DNA of 24,000 nt, taken from assembly GCF_003261575.2 (NCBI RefSeq), contig NZ_CP036175.1, forward strand, positions 766,000 through 789,999, written 5' to 3'. Every line of letters begins with the position of its first letter. The stretch's first letter is position 1. The position numbers and the translations under genes were made by a program. The stretch comes from Klebsiella huaxiensis (GTDB lineage Bacteria; Pseudomonadota; Gammaproteobacteria; Enterobacterales; Enterobacteriaceae). Below the pieces are notes generated by a model. The model searched no databases. It was not told the DNA's origin and saw only the letters and a program-made list of their open reading frames with translations. This document shows, one piece after another, positions 19,611 to 24,000 of the stretch.

Positions 19611-20171
19611 TTAGTCGAGCTGGGAAATCTCCATTGCCGCGCGGTCAATCACGCCGATAATTTGCTTCAATTGCGCTTCGGTGATCTCCTGCTGATTGAC
19701 TCTTAAATCCAGTACCGCTTTGAAGTTTTCCAGCGCGCGCTTCATCTGCGGGTTTTTACGCAGTTCACAGCCCACCATGCGGGCCTGTAGCCTGGCCTGG
19801 ATGTGCTCCAGATGTTCCTGGTTTTCAGCATGCAGCTGGCTGCCCTCGGCGGTAATAGCGATTTTTTTGCGCCCGTTTTCGTCAGCGACGCTGATTAATC
19901 CCTGATCCTGGAGAAGGTCGAGCGTCGGGTAGATAACGCCGGGACTTGGGCTGTAGTTGCCCTGGGTCAGGGTTTCAATCTCTTTGATTAGCTCGTAACC
20001 GTGGCTGGCGTTGCGGGTGAGGATATCCAGAATAACCAGACGCAGCTCGCCGTGACCAAAGAAGCGCTGACGGCGTCCGCCACCTCCGCCTCTGCGGCCA
20101 TGTTCGCCATGTTCGCTATGTTCACCGTGGCGTCCACGTGGCCCACGTCCTTCTTCGTTATGATGTTTCAT
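19611..20171 (-). CDS. yqjI: PadR-family metal-responsive repressor YqjI (NfeR)
   Basis: 186-aa ORF. The core RRQRFFGHGELRLVILDILTRNASHGYELIKEIETLTQGNYSPSPGVIYPTLDLLQDQGL...NPQMKRALENFKAVLDLRVNQ matches E. coli YqjI. It has a His/Gly/Arg-rich N-terminal tail and is divergent from yqjH, as in E. coli. Confidence 0.88.
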   Translation of the reverse strand: MKHHNEEGRGPRGRHGEHSEHGEHGRRGGGGGRRQRFFGHGELRLVILDILTRNASHGYELIKEIETLTQGNYSPSPGVIYPTLDLLQDQGLISVADENGRKKIAITAEGSQLHAENQEHLEHIQARLQARMVGCELRKNPQMKRALENFKAVLDLRVNQQEITEAQLKQIIGVIDRAAMEISQLD

Positions 20172-20183
20172 GTTTTTGTTCCT

Positions 20184-20387
20184 GTGTTGTTTTGATATAT
20201 CTAATTTATATCTAAAAAATATTTTATGACAACCCTGAAATTCATTTATTTTTTATAATATTGATTATTAAGGATTTATTTTGATTTTTTGACTTTTGTG
20301 GCGTTTTGTTGTGCTTATATCAAAAAATGCTTGCATTCTTTTTTAATGGCAATCATTATCATTTGCAAGATTTTTAGATATATCTAT
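20184..20387. promoter_or_regulatory. Divergent yqjI/yqjH control region: Fur-box-like GGCAATCATTATCATTTGC (20348-20366) and three TATATCTA repeats, one inside the 12-bp palindrome TAGATATATCTA (20375-20386)
   Basis: AATCATTATCATT matches the core of the Fur consensus GATAATGATAATCATTATC. TATATCTAA occurs at 20186-20194 and 20197-20205 (11-bp phasing, next to the yqjI start), and TATATCTAT at 20379-20387 (just upstream of yqjH). In E. coli, yqjH is known to be co-repressed by Fur and YqjI. Confidence 0.6.
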
Positions 20388-20412
20388 TTACTGTTCACGA
20401 AGGCGACTGAAA

Positions 20413-21186
20413 ATGACAACGACAAATCAACCTAACTATCCGCAACGCGTTCGTAACGAGCTGCGTTTCCGTGAGTTAACCGTGCTGCGCGTTGAGCGCA
20501 TTGGTCGCGCTTTCCAGCGTGTCGTGCTGGGTGGAGAGGCGCTGAATGGTTTTGTTTCCCAAGGTTTTGACGACCATACCAAGCTCTTTTTCCCCGAAGC
20601 GGGATCTGCGTTTACTCCGCCAGAGGTGACGGATGAAGGCATTAACTGGGGCGAGGGTGCGCGTCCGGCGACCCGCGACTATACGCCGTTGTACGATGCT
20701 GAACGCCATGAGCTGGCGTACGACTTCTTTATTCACGATGGCGGTATTGCCAGCCGCTGGGCGCTGGCGGCGAAAATCGGCGATAAGCTGGTGATCGGCG
20801 GTCCGCGTGGTTCGCTGGTGGTGCCGGAGGATTACGCCTGGCAGCTGTACGTCACCGATGAGTCCGGAATGCCCGCGCTGCGTCGCCGTCTGTTAGGTTT
20901 ACAGCTGCTCCCGACGCGCCCGCAGGTGACGGCGATTGTGACCATTGGCGATGAGTCTTACAAAGATTATCTGGTGGATCTCAACGGCTTTAATATTGAG
21001 TGGGTGGTGGGGCATAACTCATCTGCCGTGGCTGAGCGCCTGGCGCAGGTGGTGGTTCCGGCAGAAGATTATTTTATCTGGGTGACCGGCGAAGGGGCGG
21101 TGGTGAAATCGCTGCTGGCGCGTTTTGAAGGTGAAGAGATTGACCCGCAACTGGTGCGTTCTCAGGCCTACTGGCACAGTAAGTAA
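20413..21186 (+). CDS. yqjH: Siderophore-interacting NADPH-dependent ferric-chelate reductase YqjH (NfeF)
   Basis: 257-aa ORF. It shows the SIP-family FAD-binding pattern (..RDYTPL.., GGIASRWA, GPRGS) and high similarity to my recollection of E. coli YqjH. Its position is divergent from yqjI. Confidence 0.88.
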   Translation: MTTTNQPNYPQRVRNELRFRELTVLRVERIGRAFQRVVLGGEALNGFVSQGFDDHTKLFFPEAGSAFTPPEVTDEGINWGEGARPATRDYTPLYDAERHELAYDFFIHDGGIASRWALAAKIGDKLVIGGPRGSLVVPEDYAWQLYVTDESGMPALRRRLLGLQLLPTRPQVTAIVTIGDESYKDYLVDLNGFNIEWVVGHNSSAVAERLAQVVVPAEDYFIWVTGEGAVVKSLLARFEGEEIDPQLVRSQAYWHSK

Positions 21187-21198
21187 GCGCGGAGAAAA

Positions 21199-21995
21199 CC
21201 CGGGTTGCGGCTGACGCCTTACCCGGGCTACGAAAGAGAATTGCGCGGTAGTTTTCCCGGAGGCGATGCTGCGCATCTGTCCGGGCTACCGTTCCGTAGA
21301 CTGCGGTGAGCCCGTAGCCCGGGCAGGCGCTTTGCGCCGCCCCCGGGAGCAAAGTGCAGAGAGACAGAATTTCCCGGAGGCGATGCTGCGCATCTGTCCG
21401 GGCTACCGTCCCGTAGACTGCGGTGAGCCCGTAGCCCGGGCAGGCGCTTTGCGCCGCCCCCGGGAGCAAAGTGCAGAGAGACAGAATTTCCCGGAGGCGA
21501 TGCTGCGCATCTATCCGGGCTACCGTTCCGTAGACTGCGGTGAGTCCGTAGCCCGGGCAGGCGCTTTGCGCCGCCCCCGGGAGCAGAGTGCAGAGAGACA
21601 GAATTTCCCGGAGGCGATGCTGCGCATCTGTCCGGGCTACCGTCCCGTAGACTGCGGTGAGCCCGTAGCTCGGGCAGGCGATTTGCGCTGCCCCAGGAGC
21701 AGAGTGCAGAGAGACAGAATTTCCCGGAGGCGATGCTGCGCATCTGTCCGGGCTACCGTTCCGTAGACTGCGGTGAGCCCGTAGCCCGGGCAGGCGCTTT
21801 GCGCCGCCCCCGGGAGTAGAGTGCAGAGAGACAGAATTTCCCAGAGGCGATACTGTGCATTTGTCCGGGCTACCGTCCGTAGACTGCGGTGAGCCCGTAG
21901 CCCGGGCAGGCGCTTTGCGCCGCCCCCGGGAGCAGAGTGCAGAGAGACAGAATTTCCCGGAGGCGATGCTGCGCATCTGTCCGGGCTACCGTCCC
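21199..21995. repeat. BIME-type array of 14 REP elements: one lead REP plus 6 full ~117-bp REP pairs plus a terminal REP
   Basis: The motif TTCCCGGAGGCGATGCTGCGCATCTGTCCGGGCTACCG starts at 21254, 21371, 21488, 21605, 21721, 21838 and 21954 (spacings 117, 117, 117, 116, 117, 116). Each copy is followed by the inverted partner GTAGCCCGGGCAGGCGCTTTGCGCCGCCCCCGGG, and the linkers are conserved. The array fills the gap between convergent yqjH and dhaK. Confidence 0.9.
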
Positions 21996-22017
21996 GCAGG
22001 GAGTTCTGTTAGCTGCG

Positions 22018-23667
22018 TTATTTCTGCGCCAGCGCTTTAAATACCATCGCCACCGCGTGGGCGCCGGGGTCCATATTGCCGCGCAGGCTATCGCTGTTCA
22101 GATACGATGCGCGTCCAGCGTTGGCTTTGCTGGCATGAAGCGTACGGTCTGCGCCCGCCTGCGCTGCGGTGAACGCCGCCTGCAGATTTTCCGGTTCCGC
22201 CAGCAGCGCCGCCAATGCCGGTTGCAGGGCGTCAATCATGGTCCGATCGCCTTCATCCGCACCACCGTAAAACTTCATCTGCGCCAGACCGGCGTTCAGC
22301 GCTTCGGCGACGCTTGCCCTTTGTTCCAGCTTCTGCCCGGCAGCGGTAAAGAAAATTGACATCAGCACACCGCTGGAGCCACCCATCACGACGGTCAGAC
22401 GCTCGCCAATCAGGGCGAACAGCGTGGAGAGGTTATCCAGCGGCAGCTGGCGGCGCTGTAATAAACCGGCGATTTCTCGTGCCCCTGCGGCGAAGGTGGA
22501 GCCGGTATCGCCGTCGCCAACTTTAGCGTCCAGCGCATTGAGGTCTGCTTCCAGATCGGACAGCGTGCTGGTGACCTGCTTAACATAGCCCGCCACCACG
22601 CTATTCTCTGAAGGTTCAAACTCTACACGGGTGCTGCGCAGCGCTGATGGCATTACGCTGATTTCGCGTGGCTGCACCGGTGTCTGCCAGCCTGCGGTTT
22701 CTACCGCAGAAAGCAGCGCTTTCTCGATGCTCTCCTCCAGTACGATGGCGGTGAGGGAGAAGCCTTTCATATCCAGCGCGGTCACCAGCGAGGCCGGGCC
22801 AATCAGCCAGTCGATACGCTGGCGCAGCGGAGTATTCGCCAGCTCACGGGTCAGAATCGCCATTTCGGCAATCGACACGCCGCCGAGGTTGTTGATCATC
22901 ACCGCCAGGCGGCCGGTTTCAGGCAGGGCTGCGGTGAGTTTCTCAACCATCAGGCCTACGATTTCCGCGCTGTTCTGGGTAGCGATAACCGAAGCGCCCG
23001 GTTCGCCGTGGATCCCCATCCCCAGTTCGGCCTGGTCGGGATGATGGCGCGGCGTCGATTCCGCATCCTGCGGCAGATGGCAGCTGGAGAGCGCCAGGCC
23101 AAGGCTGACGGTATGGTTAGCGGCATACTGCGCCTCACGCAGTACGGTTGCCAGATTATGACCGCGCTCGGCAAAGTAGCCCGCTACTTTATGTACCAGG
23201 ATTGTCCCGGCGATGCCGCGCGGATGTTTGTTATCCGGCAGCGAAATATCATCACCGACGATCAGCATTTCAACGTTATAGCCCAGGCGACGCGCTTTCT
23301 CCGCCGCAAGGCCGAAGTTCAGGCGATCGCCGGTATAGTTCTTCACGATCAGCAGGCAGCCCGCTTCGCCGGTCACCGCCTGAATGGCGGTCAGTACCGC
23401 ATCAACGCTTGGCGAGGCAAATAGATCGCCGCAGACGGCGGCGGTCAGCATCCCTTTACCGACAAACCCCGCGTGCGCCGGTTCGTGACCGGAACCGCCG
23501 CCGGAGATTACCGCGACGTTATTTTTGTCGAGATCGCGGCGCACCACCACGCGAATGGCGGGATCACTCTCCAGACGAGCCAGATTGTTCCACGGGCTGG
23601 CGATAATGGTCCCTTCAATCACTTCGTTGACGAGGTTGGCGCGCTGATTAAAAAAGAATTGAGACAT
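22018..23667 (-). CDS. dhaK: ATP-dependent dihydroxyacetone kinase (fused Dak1-Dak2, Citrobacter/Klebsiella type)
   Basis: 549-aa ORF (MSQFFFNQRANLVNEVIEGTIIASPWNNLARLESDPAIRVVVRRDL...). It carries the Dak1 motif ISGGGSGHEPAH and the Dak2 motif KVGDGDTGSTF. It is colinear with my recollection of Citrobacter freundii DhaK. AGGA lies ~8 nt upstream of the ATG. Confidence 0.92.
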   Translation of the reverse strand: MSQFFFNQRANLVNEVIEGTIIASPWNNLARLESDPAIRVVVRRDLDKNNVAVISGGGSGHEPAHAGFVGKGMLTAAVCGDLFASPSVDAVLTAIQAVTGEAGCLLIVKNYTGDRLNFGLAAEKARRLGYNVEMLIVGDDISLPDNKHPRGIAGTILVHKVAGYFAERGHNLATVLREAQYAANHTVSLGLALSSCHLPQDAESTPRHHPDQAELGMGIHGEPGASVIATQNSAEIVGLMVEKLTAALPETGRLAVMINNLGGVSIAEMAILTRELANTPLRQRIDWLIGPASLVTALDMKGFSLTAIVLEESIEKALLSAVETAGWQTPVQPREISVMPSALRSTRVEFEPSENSVVAGYVKQVTSTLSDLEADLNALDAKVGDGDTGSTFAAGAREIAGLLQRRQLPLDNLSTLFALIGERLTVVMGGSSGVLMSIFFTAAGQKLEQRASVAEALNAGLAQMKFYGGADEGDRTMIDALQPALAALLAEPENLQAAFTAAQAGADRTLHASKANAGRASYLNSDSLRGNMDPGAHAVAMVFKALAQK

Positions 23668-23735
23668 AACGGATCCTGGATATTGAGCAAAAAACCGGAG
23701 GACTGGCCCCCGGCAGCGAAAAGGTGGGTGGCAAG

Positions 23736-24000
23736 CTACCCGCGAATAATGCGTTTGCCGGGAATATCGAGCGTGACGGTATCACCGTTTTGCAACGTGT
23801 TCAGCGCTTCACCCTGCTGGCAAAGCATGGCGATGCCGGCCTGACGGGCGATAATCGCGCCGTGAGAAAGTTCGCTGCCCGCCTGCAGGCAGATGCCCTT
23901 GACCTGCCGGGCGTCGAGTTGCAGCACGGTAGAGGGGAAGATATCGTCGGCAACGAGAATTGTTGGCCCGCTAAATTGCGGCAACGGCTCACTGCGGCCC
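23736..24000 (-). CDS. 3' end of a PTS EI-like/DhaM-type phosphotransfer protein (PEP-utiliser mobile domain); 5' end beyond the right edge
   Basis: The C-terminal sequence is ...ILVADDIFPSTVLQLDARQVKGICLQAGSELSHGAIIARQAGIAMLCQ...DIPGKRIIRG. It resembles the swivel domain of enzyme I (ILVA.D..PS....L......G......G..SH..I.AR....P.), including the phospho-His context. It sits immediately upstream of dhaK. Confidence 0.6.
   Translation of the reverse strand, partial: GRSEPLPQFSGPTILVADDIFPSTVLQLDARQVKGICLQAGSELSHGAIIARQAGIAMLCQQGEALNTLQNGDTVTLDIPGKRIIRG

Noticed and set aside
21074-21976. Long ORFs through the repeat array: 300 aa and 171 aa on the minus strand, 166 aa and 61 aa on the plus strand, with 39-aa repeats such as GAAQSACPGYGLTAVYGTVARTDAQHRLREILSLCTLLP
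   Set aside because: They exist only because the GC-rich 117-bp (39-codon) REP unit lacks stops in several frames on both strands at once. Frames break at the 116-bp units. There are no ribosome-binding sites, and the 300-aa ORF overlaps the 3' end of yqjH. The DNA is a recognisable REP/BIME structure.
21199-21995. CRISPR array interpretation of the regular repeats
   Set aside because: There are no unique spacers. The whole 117-bp unit repeats, including the linkers, the repeats are inverted REP pairs, and there are no cas genes or leader.

Overview
Enterobacterial chromosomal window, almost fully coding. Read in reverse it is syntenic with my recollection of the E. coli K-12 region yqjH-yqjI-(aer)-patA-ygjH-ebgR-ebgAC-ygjIJK. 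Left to right: ygjK (GH63 periplasmic glucosidase, partial, minus strand, missing from the ORF track because it has no in-window stop), ygjJ (outer-membrane beta-barrel-like), two diverged tandem ygjI-type APC transporters, ebgC, ebgA, ebgR, ygjH. Next comes a ~6.2 kb lower-GC chaperone-usher fimbrial island (adhesin, usher, chaperone, major pilin, stand-alone winged-helix regulator, ~600 bp very AT-rich control region). Then patA, yqjI (nfeR), yqjH (nfeF), an ~800 bp array of 14 REP elements, an ATP-dependent dihydroxyacetone kinase (Citrobacter/Klebsiella-type DhaK), and the 3' end of a DhaM/EI-like PTS phosphotransfer gene. High GC, no aer and the dha genes suggest a Klebsiella/Raoultella/Citrobacter-like host, which I cannot resolve without a search. 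I saw no transposase, integrase, phage, CRISPR-Cas, toxin-antitoxin or recognisable defence genes, and I do not claim a novel defence-type system. The observations most worth follow-up are three. (1) A near-identical promoter/operator cassette (a 21-bp palindrome plus a 15-bp box at fixed spacing) lies upstream of both ebgA and the ygjI-ygjJ-ygjK unit, which would tie the 'evolved beta-galactosidase' genes and the GH63/OM-channel/transporter genes into one regulon. (2) The inserted 4-gene fimbrial operon has an unusually large tip adhesin and an orphan OmpR/CadC-type DNA-binding regulator. (3) The REP/BIME array has a 117-bp unit and a ~234-bp higher-order period. Many long ORFs in the supplied track are antisense or repeat-derived artefacts.
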